This document shows positions 11,839-23,551 of a DNA stretch of 64,000 nt, one piece after another. The notes under the pieces were generated by a model that saw only the letters and a program-made list of their open reading frames with translations, was not told the DNA's origin and did no database searches. The position numbers were made by a program, and so were the translations under genes. Numbering within the stretch: the first letter of the stretch is position 1; the number at the start of each line of letters is the position of its first letter. The stretch is from Mobula birostris (Eukaryota), in the NCBI RefSeq assembly GCF_030028105.1, contig NC_092383.1, forward strand, positions 87,935,921 through 87,999,920, given 5' to 3'.

Positions 11839-12509
11839 AAAGCAGTGATGCAAATCTGGTTGTAAGACAAAGGATCAAGGACCTGATGTGAACCTATTAA
11901 AAAGATGAGTTTTAATGCATTATTAAAAGCCTACTTGATGCATACCTGACTATCTAAGCTAGGTTCAAGTCGAGTTGATGTATATTCTGCTAAAATATTT
12001 GCATTCGGCTTACAACACATGCAAAATGCTGGATGAACTCAGCAGGTCAGGCTGCATCAATGGAGAAGAATAAAGAGACACTTCGGACCAACACCCTTCA
12101 TCAGGATTCATGAATGGTCTCGCCTGAAACAACAAGTTTTTATTCCTCTCCATAGATGCTGCCTAATCTGCTTTGTTCCTCTAACTTTTGTATGTGTGTT
12201 GCTCTGGATCTCCAGCATCTGAAACATCTCCTGTGTTTATGGGTTAGGATTAGGCTTGGTTGTACTTGGTACAATCTGCATGATATGCGTCAGTGTGATG
12301 TCTTTTGTTTTTTGTCACACAGCCTATCAGGTTTGCCCTCCAATTTTCTCAAAACGCTTCCTGATCAGGTGAGTAAATATTTTCTTCTGAGTTTAGATGG
12401 AGATCAGACTGGCCATGGTTGAGTTCACTTGCAATTTTAATTCCCAGCAGAGTTCTACTCCATGAGAAGCCATCAATGAGTGAGATGAAATGATGAAGGA
12501 AGATTAAGA

Positions 12510-12660
12510 TTTTTATTTCTATTGTGCCTTCCACATCCCTTTCAGAATGTTACTAAGATAGTTCACAGATAAAATACTTTTGATGTGTTGTCATTGCTGT
12601 AACATAAGAAACTCAACAGCAAACATGCACACAGCAAGCTCCCACAAACTTCAATAAAGA
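12510..12660 (-). repeat. Old SINE fragment (DeuSINE/SacSINE1-like); second copy ~17105-17225
   Basis: Both sites share TACTTTTGA(A/T)GTG...GCACACAGCAAGCTCCCACAAAC-like sequence; the family name is from recall and unverified. Confidence 0.4.
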
Positions 12661-12679
12661 CCAAGAATTGAGCACTTTA

Positions 12680-13350
12680 TCTAAGGTTGTGGTGGCATTA
12701 GAGAGGGTTGATGAGAATTATCCCAGGAATCAAAGAGTTAATATGCATGCAATGGGCTGCCTGCGATGGTGGTGGAGGTGGATACAATAGGGTCTTTCAA
12801 GAGACTCCTGGACAGATAAATGGAGCTCAGGAAAATAAAGGGCTATGGATAACCCTAGGTAATTTCTAAGGTAAGGACATGTTTGGCACAGCTTTGTGGG
12901 CCGAAGGGCCTGTATTGTGCTGTAGGGTTTCTATGTTTCCATGTTTCTAATACATGAGGAGCATTTGATGTCTATGCGTCTCTATTCACTGAAGTTTAGA
13001 AGATTTGTTTTTTTATAATGGGGTGTCTCAGACCAGAGGACACAGCCTCAGAATTGAGGGACATTCATTTCGAATGGATATGAGGAGGAATTTCTTTAGC
13101 CAGAGGATGGTGGAACTGTGAAATCCAGAGCCCTTTTTATTGTAGTAGGAGGCCTTTTAATAGCCTTAGAACAAGTAGTTCCAGGGACCAAGTCACTGGG
13201 TATATTTAAAGTGCAAGTTGAAAGGTTTTTGATTAGTAAGGGGAGAAAGGAGGAAAATAGGTTGGAAAGGATAATAAATAAACATGTTGAATGGTGGAGC
13301 CTACTCGATGGGCTGAATGGCCTAATTCTGCATTATGTCTTATGGTCTTA
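12680..13350 (+). mobile_element. CR1 3' fragments (two, nested)
   Basis: CR1 3' UTR signatures GCACAGCTTTGTGGGCCGAAGGGCCTGTATTGTGCTGTAG and TGGGCTGAATGGCCTAATTCTG. Confidence 0.75.
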
Positions 13351-13394
13351 CAACCCGAAAATCTGTTTTAGTGATATTGATGGAGGAATGATAA

Positions 13395-14984
13395 CATTGG
13401 ACAACAAACTTTTTCAAAAGTGTTGCTTCCTCAGAATTTTTTTTGTTTATTATACACTGCTTGAAGACGAACACAAATGTAATTTCAGACTACTTGTATC
13501 ACATAGGAATTTGGAGAAACAACAAGTTAACTTTTATTGGAGGAGGAGAAGCTGGCAGCGCGATGTAGCGCTCGTGGCCTCTCAGGTGATGATATCTCTT
13601 ATCTGTCAAGTAGGATGCCGTGCACAATTCTGATTTGATGAAGGCAGACGTGAGAGCATGGAGGAACATCTGGCGAAACTTTTGAAATGCCTGTTTTCTG
13701 TTTCACTGTCACCGCTACTGTGTGATCGGAAATCTCCGGATGGGAAGGCCCCAAATCCTCGGCTTTGCTTGTTGCTCGGTGGCCAGGGTGGGGTCAAAGT
13801 GCTCAGCAGAGGTGGTGCTCGGTGTCAGAGCGCTGGTCAGAGGCTCGAAGTTTTCGGACGGACTCAGAGTCGGACTGTGGTCAGGTGCTTCCAGAATACT
13901 ACATTGGCAAGTTTGCGGCGCTGGAAGCTCATGGCAGGGAGAGTTTCTCCCTTCTACTGTCTGCGTGAGATGTTGGGGCATTGGGACTTTGAGACTTTTT
14001 TTTACCGTGCCCATGGTCTGCTCTTATCAAATTACGATATTGCTCTGCACTGTTGTAACTGTATGTTATAATTATGTGGTTTTTGTCAGCTTTAGTCTTG
14101 GTCTGTCTTGTGTTTCTGTGATATCATACTGGCGGAACATTGTATCATTTTTTAATGCATGCATTTCTAAATGACAATAAACGAGGACTGAGTGTCCTCA
14201 TAATCTAATTGAATATAATGTGTTTAATTGCATAATAGTGCTGATGCTTTGCAATAGTTCAACAAAGTTAAAAATATTTCGTTAATGATTTTCATTTGTA
14301 CTCAGTGTCTTAGGCTTCTCGCTTAAGAGTTCAACAATAATTCGCCAGCATTGATGGATTTCAGTTGCCCTGGTATCTTTTCTCCGTGACCGCAATGTCC
14401 TGGTGAAACCTTTCACCATGCTCGTCACTAACAGCGCCAAGATTTGCAGGGAAGAAGTCTAAATGGGAATGCAGAAAGTGCATCTTTAGTGACATGTTAC
14501 ATTTCATGGTTTTACATACTTGAAGCATGCTTTCAACCAGTTGCATGTGGCTTGGTGCTCTGTAGATGCCGAGAAAAATTTCAACAAATTCCTTGAATGC
14601 CTTCCATGTGATTTTCTCCGGTCCCACTAGAAATTCTTCAAATTTCCTGTCATTGATGATCTGTCTGATTTGTGGACCAACAAAAATACTTTCCTTAATT
14701 TTGGCATCAGTTATTCTGGGAAGCATCTGTCTAAAACTAAACACAAAATAATCTGCAGATGCTGGGATTGTCCTGCCATGCAGTAGCTGTGCCACCCAAG
14801 CATGCCCAAGCATGCCTGGACAAGAGAGGAAACTTTCCAGCTTACATTGTAGGCAACATTCTAATTGACTTGAATTATGAATTGAAATAATAAGCAAAAG
14901 TTTATTTAAAAATGGTGCATGATAGGGAAATTTCATGGTGATTTTCATGATCAGTAGCCCAAAATTCATAAGATACACCCAGTG
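13395..14984 (-). mobile_element. Internally deleted Chapaev3 (CMC superfamily) DNA transposon with TAA TSD, interrupted by a ~670-bp retroposon at ~13540-14210
   Basis: Transposase C-terminus (FVGPQIRQII..HFLHSHLDFFPANLGAVSDEHGERFHQDI..RYQG) in ORF 14361-15035; termini CACTGGGT (minus, 14984) and CATTGGAC (13395); TAA at 13392-13394 and 14985-14987. Confidence 0.75.
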
Positions 14985-15589
14985 TAATTGGACTGCAACT
15001 GGGATAGGTCTCCTCATCTTTGGAGCAGAGTGCAAAAGGAATGCACAAAGGATAGAAAGTGGCAGTGATGGATGTCGTAAAGCATAATAAGAAAACTTAA
15101 AGTTTTTGATGTTACCTCTGATGGAGGTAACATCAGAGGGAACTCAGACCGTTTTCATAAACTAGTAAAATTTAAAAACGCAAAGCGATTTAAAATTCTT
15201 CAGTGTACCTCTTCCTAGAGATGCTGCCTGGCCTGCTTCATTCACCAGCAACTTTTCTGTGTGTTGCGTGTAATACAATTTAACATGATATTTCAGCGAT
15301 TGGTAGGCTGGCTCAGGGGAGTGGAGAACACTTGTGGATACTCGATCTATGTCTCTTATCATCATGTACACCTCTATCAAGTCACATCAACAGTAGCGTA
15401 GTCTGCAAATTTACTGATGTATGTGCCTAGCCACATACACAAGCCTAGAGAGAATAGAGCAGTGGGTCAAGCATACATCCCCCCGAAATTCATCTGTGCC
15501 GGCTGTCAACAAGAAGATGTCAGGGTTACTGATAGTTGACGACATACTGTGAGTCATATGTCCTGCTTCAGTTCCATCTTTGCAATATA

Positions 15590-16010
15590 TCAAAGTTCAA
15601 TGTAAATTTATGATCAAAGTGTGAATATGTCACCATTTCCCATCCTGAGATTCATTTTCTTGCAGGCATTTGCAGTAAATACAAAGAAACACAATAGAAT
15701 CAATAAAAGACTACACACAAAGACAAACAACCAATGGGCATATAAAGACAAACTGTGCAAATAAAAAATATATAAATAAAAGAATGGATAGAGAGAGCAT
15801 AGTTTGCAAAGTCCTTGAAAAATAAATAATATTGAAAGTATGGGTTGTAAAGTCCTTGAAAGTGAATCAGTAGGTTGTGGAATAGTTCAGTGTTGTGGTG
15901 AGTGAAGTTATCCACACTGGTTCAGGAGCCTGATGGTTGAGCATTCATTACTGTTCCTGAACCTGGTGGTGTGGGACCCAAGGCTACTGTACCTCCTTCC
16001 GGATAGCAGT
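15590..16010 (-). mobile_element. Rex1/L2-like LINE 3' end
   Basis: Minus strand GGAAGGAGGTACAGTAGCCTTGGGTCCCACACCACCAGGTTCAGGAACAG resembles the LPSGRRYRS..TTRFRNS C-terminal motif; related fragments near 24480-24670, 47680-48060 and 52220-52370. Confidence 0.6.
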
Positions 16011-16299
16011 GACTCAGATGCTGAATATTGTCCATCCTGCCACTGAAACAGTAAGGATGAAGAGAACTACAAACAAGAGAAAACATGCAGACGCTGGAAA
16101 TGCAAGCAACTCACACAAAATGTTGGAGGACCTCAGCAGGCCAGGCAGCATCCATAGAAAAGAGACCCTTAATCTTGAGTCTGGATGAAGGGTCTCAGCC
16201 TGAAATATCAACTTTTTACTCTTTTCCATGGATGCTGCCTGGTCTGCTGAGTTCTTACAGCACTTTGTGTAGGGTGAAGTTAATGCTGTTTTTTTAGCA

Positions 16300-16553
16300 G
16301 CTCCTCTTTCCTCTGTGTGGACTTATATTCAGTTAAGAGTCATCTTCCTGTTTCCCCAAACTGGAAACTTTTAACAATATACACAGTAGCATGTGAAAAA
16401 GGACATTTGTTAATGTCCCTTTTTCTGTGTCACATTGCAAAGCTATTTGCTAATTTAAGAGGAAATGGTGTAATCCACGACATCTCTTTTAAAAAAAGAG
16501 GAAGAGCGTATTGTGGACACAGTCACTGGAAACTGAGAACCATCACTGGAACA
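16300..16553 (+). promoter_or_regulatory. Putative TATA-less leukocyte promoter/5'UTR with clustered ETS/PU.1-type GGAA boxes
   Basis: AAGAGGAAAT (16457), AAAAGAGGAAG (16494), and minus-strand AGAGGAA (16308-16314) and CAGGAAG (16344-16350) just upstream of the leader ATG; no TATA box seen. Confidence 0.45.
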
Positions 16554-16593
16554 ATGCTGTTTGCTGCTCTGCTATTGCTCTCTGTCATCTCAA
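16554..16593 (+). CDS. Exon 1 (signal peptide) of a CD300/pIgR-like receptor: MLFAALLLLSVIS
   Basis: ACAATGC start, hydrophobic 13 codons, donor A|GTAAGA in phase 1, matching the phase-1 acceptor of the first Ig exon. Confidence 0.85.
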
Positions 16594-17569
16594 GTAAGAC
16601 TTTCTTTTCACGTATGTTGAACTATAGCATCTAGTTACATATAACCTTAAAAATTGTTAATGCTAACCAGACACGTGATGAAACACTACCGCTGAAAATA
16701 AGCAACAGGGATCAGGAAAGGTGACAATCAATTTTACTTTTCAATACGAGGTGTAGTGAGTTGAGACAAAGTTGTGGGGGAGGATTTAGCAAAGAAATTC
16801 TATGGAGTACGTGCAGCACAGAGGGTTTGCCTTTGGCCCAATCTGTCCTCCATTGCTTTGGCGTGGTATGTCTCCCTGTGTGGGTTTCCTCCGGGTGTTC
16901 GAATTACCCCACCGTCCCACATCCCAAAGATGTACAGCATGGCAGGATAATTGTCCATGGTAAATTGTAGCTGAGTATCCAGGGGGTGTTGATGGGAGTG
17001 TGAGGAGAAGAGAAAGGGATTCATGGAAGTGAGTGTTTTATGGTCTGCACAGACTCAGTGAGCTGAAGGACCTGTTTCTATGGTTCTTGATCTACAGGTC
17101 TATGAAAATTCCACAACACACTTCACAAACAACAAAGTACTTTTGAAGTGCAAAGTTGTGCAGACAACCCAACAGTCAATTTGTGCATTGCAAACTTCCA
17201 CAATAGGCAATGCACTAATGACTGTCTAGTCCTTTAAGAACTGAGGGCCATCATGTCAGAAAATGAGATTATAGACTGGGTTTGGTATGGTGGGAGGCTA
17301 TTTGGACAATCTAGTCTATAGCAGCTCTTTGTAAGGACTGGTGGGGAATGAAACTGCATAGACCCATAGGGCTGAAATGGCTTCATTTTATGTTGTAATA
17401 ATAATTAGCCATTGACCTGGAGAAAGGAACAGAGATTAAGTTACATGAAACGTGTTTATGGAAATACTTTGTTGAGATTCTATAAATTATCAGCATGGTA
17501 GTGTTATGGTTCGTGGAGATTTACCAGGCTCCTGCCTGGATTAGACATGTTGTACAAAGATGGGTCGAG

Positions 17570-18680
17570 CGAGTCACTAGACACTAGACACTAGACACTA
17601 GAATACTACAGCACAGTACAGGCCCTTCGGCCCTCGATGTTGTGCCAACCCATATATTCCTAAAAAAATTACTAAACCCACACTACCCGTAACCCTCTAT
17701 TTTTCTTTCATCTATGTGCCTGTCCAAGAGGCACTTAAATACCCCTAATGTTTTAGCCTCCATCACCATCCCTGGCTTGTTATTCCAGGCACCCACAACC
17801 CTCTGTATAAAAAAACTTACCCCTGATGTCTCTGCCAAACTTCCCTCCCTTAATTTTGTACATATGCACTCTGGTGTTTGTTTATCGTGCACTGGGAAAC
17901 AGGTACTGACTGTCCACCCCATCTATGCCTCTCATAATCTTGTAGACCTCTATCAAATCCTCTCTCTTCCTTTTACGCCCCAAAGAGAAAAGTCGCAGCT
18001 CTGCTAACCTTGCCTCATAAGACTTGTTTTCCAATCCAGGTAACATCCTGGTAAATCTCCTCTGCACCCTCTCCATAGCTTCCACATCCTTCCTATAATG
18101 AGGTGACCAGAAATGAACACAATACTCTAAGTGTGATCTCACTAGAGATTTGTAGAGTTGCAACATGACCTCTCTACTTTTGAACTCAGTCCCCCTATTA
18201 ATGAAGCCTAGCATCTCAAAAGGCCTTCTTAACTATCCTATCAGCCTGTGCAGCGACCTTGAGGGATGTATGGATTTGAACCCCAAGGTCCCCCTTGACC
18301 CTCAAGAGTCAGGGCTCTTCGCTTTGGACTGAAGGATGATGAGAGGTGACATGATAGAGGTGTACAAGATGATAAGAGGCATTGATCAAGTGGACAGTTG
18401 CAGACTTCTTCCCAGTGCTGAATTGGCTGATACAAGGGGCAGAATTTTAAGATTATTGGTGGAAGGAATAGGGGGGCCGTCAGGGGTAGATTATTTTTAA
18501 ACATAAAGTGAGTGTTGCATGGAATGCCCTGCTAGGGTTGATAGTAGAGCAGGTACATAAAAGACATTTAAGAAACTCTCAGATAGACACATTGATGATA
18601 GGGAAAACATGGAGGGCTGCGTAGGGTTAGATTGATCTTAGAGTAGATTAAAAGCTTGGCACAACATGGTGGGCCAAAGG
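17570..18680. mobile_element. Two CR1 3' fragments: minus (17570-18260, (CACTAGA)n tail) and plus (~18300-18680)
   Basis: ORFs 17882-18214 and 17683-17922 are the CR1 RT C-terminus; ACTAGAC x4 near 17575-17600. Confidence 0.8.
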
Positions 18681-18699
18681 ATCTGTATGGTACTGTAGT

Positions 18700-19010
18700 G
18701 TTCTATGTGCGATGCAATGCTATTACAATGCTAGCAATCCAGGTTCAATTTCGCCACTGTCTCCACTGTGCTGTACTATTCTATATTCTACGTATCACTA
18801 TTACAGCACTAGCGATCCAGGTTCAATTCCCAATGCTGTCGGTAAAGCATTTGTACATCGTCCTTGTGATCACTAGGTTTCCTCCACGTGCTCTGGTTTC
18901 ATTCCACGTTCTAAAGACATACAAGTTCGTAGGTCAATTGATCACGTGTACAATTCGGCTGCGCGGGCTCATTGGGCCAGTAGGGCCTGTTACTGTAAAT
19001 AAAACAAAAT
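18700..19010 (+). repeat. HE1/V-SINE-like tRNA-derived SINE with duplicated head; related copies ~11440-11690, 16770-17030, 24715-24960, 25745-25945
   Basis: B-box-like CCAGGTTCAATT occurs twice; conserved body GGTTTCCTCC..GTGCTCTGGTTTC..CCAC..CCAAAGAC in all copies. Confidence 0.7.
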
Positions 19011-19053
19011 CAATCAATAAAAATTAATTTTTTTACTTTAATTTTACTGACAG

Positions 19054-19365
19054 AATCGTTGGCACGAGATCACACAATGGTGGTACGAGCAGGAGTGGGA
19101 GAAACAGTCACAGTGCGATGTTCACCTGTAGAGAAATGGGGAACCATAGTTTGGTGTAAAACAAACAATCAAAGGAGATGCAGTCCAGTAATGGATACGG
19201 AGAAATACAGTTACCATCCAAGAATATCAATCAGAAGACACACAAGATCTATTGTTGTAACCACAAGACAACTTATGGAGAGTGATTCAGGGATATACTG
19301 GTGTGGACGTTTAGACGGAAAATATATTGACATATCAGACATTGTAATGCTGAAGGTTACCGCAG
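19054..19365 (+). CDS. Ig V-type domain 1, CD300/pIgR/TREM family
   Basis: Acceptor TTTTACTGACAG|, donor GCAG|GTAAGG, phase 1-1, 312 nt; GETVTVRC..IVWCK..RRCS..RISI..DSGIYWCG with the family's extra C-C' cysteine pair. Confidence 0.93.
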
Positions 19366-20249
19366 GTAAGGCTTAGGCTTAAGTCAGGGTACCAGCTGGA
19401 CTGTCGTCCCATAATGAATGCATTGATCATGATGTAACCTTCACTTCCCAAAGTGTTATCAGAGAAGACAGAAGAGACAACAGATTCCAGACACTGAAAC
19501 AAGACATGAAACACGGGAAGAACTGAGGAGGCCACTTAGCAACTGTAGATGTGAAAGGTGCAAGTCAGATTGACCCTGCATCAGGAATGAGAGAGAAGTG
19601 GAAGGTTTGTTGATACAGAAATTAGTAAATTGGTTACACTGAACACAATATGCTGAAGGAACTCAGCAGCTCAGGTAGTCCAGCCTGACAGCGAAGGGGT
19701 CATTGGATAGGTTGTGCCAGTTACCGAAGAGCATGATCTCGCTCTTCCTGTGGTTCAATCTAACCCAGGATGCCAAATCAGAGCAGTTACAGATGCTGAT
19801 CAATCTGCGAGCTGACTGGGGATCTAAGCAGATGATTGCAGCTTTGTCCAGTTACAGGGAGATTTTGAAATGTGTGTCCGAACTGCCTGGCAATGTCACC
19901 CCTCTTCCTGCTCTCATCCTTCCTGATGGATTTGGCACAGGGTTGTATACAGCATGTAAACAAGGGAAGAGAGAGTGGAAACAATTTCTGACTCCGGTCT
20001 TCCGTAAGACTATCAGACACAGGAGCAAAATTAGAACATTTTGCTTTTTTATATAAAGTTTGTTTTAGATGTTTAACATTTGTCTTCTACGTAGTGTGTC
20101 AGTAGAAAAGAGCAAGTTTAAATTTCCCAACATACATTCTCCCAAAAAAAATTAAATGTTACAGAGAAATTTTTGGATTTTGTTAAAGAAAGTAACATGT
20201 TAAGTATTGGGCGACTTTTCAAATAAAACTTGATTACTTTGTAGGCATA

Positions 20250-21545
20250 TAGTCCAGTGCATGATTAAACAAAGATGACAAACAGGTGCTAATGATCAAT
20301 AACATAATGAGTTGAATGAACAAAACTGATCAGCTGAAACAGCAATGGGTGTAGAAGGAATCAAACTGGGCAAAGGACAAACTAAAAGGTGAGTGTGTGG
20401 TAGATGTGGCAGTTTAAGCTTCAAATCATCAATTCTTACACCATGGCAAGAGTGAGCATAGCATCAAGACACAGTGCAATATCTTCCATCACTAAGGTTT
20501 CTCTCAAGCAGAAAGTTCATGGCAGATGGAAGTTTCAAGAAGTGTTGTCCAAGTCTTCTGAAGATGCACAAAGAAACAAGCAAGGCTGAGGACCAGAAAT
20601 GAAGTGGTCAGCTACGGAATCTGAGTGCAGCAGATGTGAGATACATCAAACTGACATCCATTCAAAACTGGAAGAAGTCCAGCACTGCTATCAGCTCTAA
20701 ACTTGCAGAATCAACTGGAACCCAAGTACACCCCTCTATAGTCCGGGGTAATATTGTCAGGTGGTCTTCATGGAAGAGTTGCTGCCAAAAAGCTATTCCT
20801 CCACTTTGGAAACAAAGCCAAGAGAGTCGCCCATGGACATAGAAACTCATAGACTGGGGTGCTGAACACTGGCAGCCAGTGCTCTGGACTGATGATCAAA
20901 ATTTGAAACTTTTGACTCAGACAGGAGGCAGTTTGTCTGTAGAAGAGCTAGAGAATGCTACATGGATGAGTGTTTGCAGTCAACAGTGGCATGGCAGGGG
21001 TTCCCTGCAGGATTGCAGCTACATTTCTGCAAATAGATTTGATGGTCTGATCAGAATTACTGGAATCTTCAATGTTGAGAAGCACAAGCAAATTCTCATC
21101 CATCAGGGAGTTGTCTGATCAGTCCCAACATCTGCAACACGCCAATGACCCCAAACACACGGCCAAGATCATAAAGAACTTTCTCCAGCAAAAAATAAGA
21201 ACAAGGAGTTCTGCAATTGATGGTATGGCCTCCAAAGAGCCATGATCTTGAGGCTGTCTGGGATTACCTGGAGAGACAGAAGCAACTGAAACAGCCAAAG
21301 TCTTTCAGAAGAACTGTAGCAAGTTCTCCAAGATCCTTGGAAGAACCCACTAATCGATTTCCTTATAAAGTTGCATGACCGTGCCTATAAGAGAACTGAT
21401 GCAGCTTTAAAGGCAAGGTGTGGTCACACCAAATATTGATTTAATTTCACTTTTTGTAATTTTTTTGGTATTTATAATATTTTCATTTCATTAATTTTTT
21501 TAGTATCTTTGCTTTACAGGATTTTTTTACATGTGCCCAAGACTG
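20250..21545 (+). mobile_element. Tc1/mariner transposon, pseudogenised transposase ~20443-21439; right TIR present, left TIR not found
   Basis: MARVSIASRH start, VLWTDD..KFE, HTAK, WPP.S.DL..EAVW, ending GHTKY*; terminus ..TACATGTGCCCAAGACTG|TA. Confidence 0.85.
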
Positions 21546-21547
21546 TA

Positions 21548-23090
21548 CATCATAGAGTCATAGAGAAATACAGCACAGAAACAGGTCCTTTGCTCCATCT
21601 AGATGATGACAAAACCATTTAATCTGCCTACTTCCATCAATCTGCACCGGGACCATAGCCCTCCATATCCCTACTATCCATGTACCTATTCAAACTTCTC
21701 TTTAGTATTGAAATCACCTGAACTACTTGTGCTGGCAGCTCATTCCACACTCTCATGACTCTCTGAGTGAAGAAGATTCCCCTCATGATCCCCTTAATGT
21801 TCTCACCTTTTACACTTAACCATGGTTGTAGTCCCACCCAACCTCAGTGGAAGGAGCTTGCTTGCATTTACCCCATCCATACCCCTCCTAATTTTGTGTA
21901 CCCTTATCAAATCTCCTCTCAATCTTCTACATTCTTTAAAAAATACAGTGCGAACCTATTCAATCTTCCCTTATAACTCAGGTCCTCCAGACCCAGCAAT
22001 ATCCTTGTGAATTTTCTCTGCACTCTTTCCAACCTTGTTTACAATTTTCCTATAGGTAGATGACCAAAACTGTACACAATACTCCAAATTAGGCCTCACC
22101 AAAATCTTATACAACTTCAACATAACATCCCATGTTGGGGACTCAATACTTTGATTTCTGAAGGCCAAAGTGTCAAGAGCTTTCTTTATGGTCCTATCTG
22201 ACTGTGACACCACTTTCAATGAATCATGAACTTGTATTCCCAGATCACTTTGTCCACCACACTCCTCAATACCCTACCATTCTAGATCGGTCCCAGCATG
22301 CCGAGCGATGGACCACCTTCACCAGCTTCTCACGCAGGACCTTAACAAATGCCTTACTAAAGTCCACGTAGATAACATCCGCTGACTCGTCTTCATCCAC
22401 TTTCCTGTTATCTTCCTCAAAAAATTCCGTAAGATTGGTTAGACATGACCTACCACGCACTAAGCCATGCTGACTATCATTAACCAGTCCATATCTATAC
22501 AAATACTTATATATCTGGTCTCTGAGAATACCTTCCAATAACTTTCCCACAACTGACGACAGGCACACCAGCCTATAATTTACAGGTTTCTGTTTAAAGC
22601 CTTTTTTAAACAGTGAAACAATATTGGCTGTCCCACAATCGTACAGTAACTCTCCTGTCACTAAAGATGTTTTAAGTATCTCTGCTGGGGCCCTTGCAAT
22701 TTCTGCACTTCCCTCCCACAGGGTCTGAGGGAACACTTAGTCAGGCTGTAGAGAAAAATCCACCCTGATTTGACAAAGAGTAGCAAACACCTCCTCCTCT
22801 GTAATCTGTACAGGGTTTATGAAGCTGATACTGCTTTGCCTCACTTCTATAAACTCTATATCTGTCTCCCAAGAAAATACAGGTGCAAATACATTTAAAA
22901 TCTTCCCCATCTGTTTTGGCTCCACACGTGGATTAACATTCTGGTCTTCCAGAGGACCAATTCTGTCCCTTGCAATTCTTTTACTCTTAGCATACCTGTA
23001 GATTCCCTTACGATTCTCCTTCAGCTTGTCTGCTGGAGCAATTCCATGCTTTCTTTTAGCCTTCGTAACTTTTTGCATTATCTCTTAGGC
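21548..23090 (-). mobile_element. CR1 ORF2 fragment with (CATAGAGT)n tail
   Basis: ORFs 22266-22736 (NYRLVCLSSVVGKLLE..GRSCLTNL..YVDFSKAF) and 21971-22219. Confidence 0.88.
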
Positions 23091-23239
23091 TTGGCAAGGC
23101 CTGTTCTACTGGGGTCCCTCCCATCCATGGTCAGTAGTCCTCCCACACAGCCCCAGCTAACTGTAGCACCGAAGGTTCTGTCAGCATGATTCCCACTACA
23201 TTAGACCTCTCATTTCTTCCTTTTCTCATTTACCAGCAG

Positions 23240-23551
23240 GTTCATGGACAGCAGACAATATCACGGTGAAGGGTGTGATGCAAAATGCCACCAGCCTACA
23301 CTGCCACTATGAGCAGCGATTTAAATCACACAAGAAATTCTTGTGTAAAGTAATCTCTGTAAATAGGTGCAGTGTGATAGCTAGCACTGGATACATCAGC
23401 AGAAACCCAGCAATCATCGTAAACACTTCCACTGAATTTGCTGTCACTATAAAGCAGACCAACGAAGGAGATAAAGGAGAGTACTGGTGTGGAGCAACAA
23501 ACACGTTTAACTTTGAGATTGTGCAGATTAAAATGCTGGAGATTTCTGAAG
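23240..23551 (+). CDS. Ig V-type domain 2, CD300/pIgR/TREM family
   Basis: Acceptor CTCATTTACCAGCAG|, donor GAAG|GTACGA, phase 1-1, 312 nt; SLHCHY..KKFLCK..NRCS..FAVTIKQ..DKGEYWCG; N-glycosylation sequons NIT, NAT, NTS. Confidence 0.92.

Noticed and set aside
14361-15035. 224-aa ORF as a novel protein
   Set aside because: Chance fusion of flank, transposon 5' end, filler DNA and Chapaev3 transposase C-terminus.
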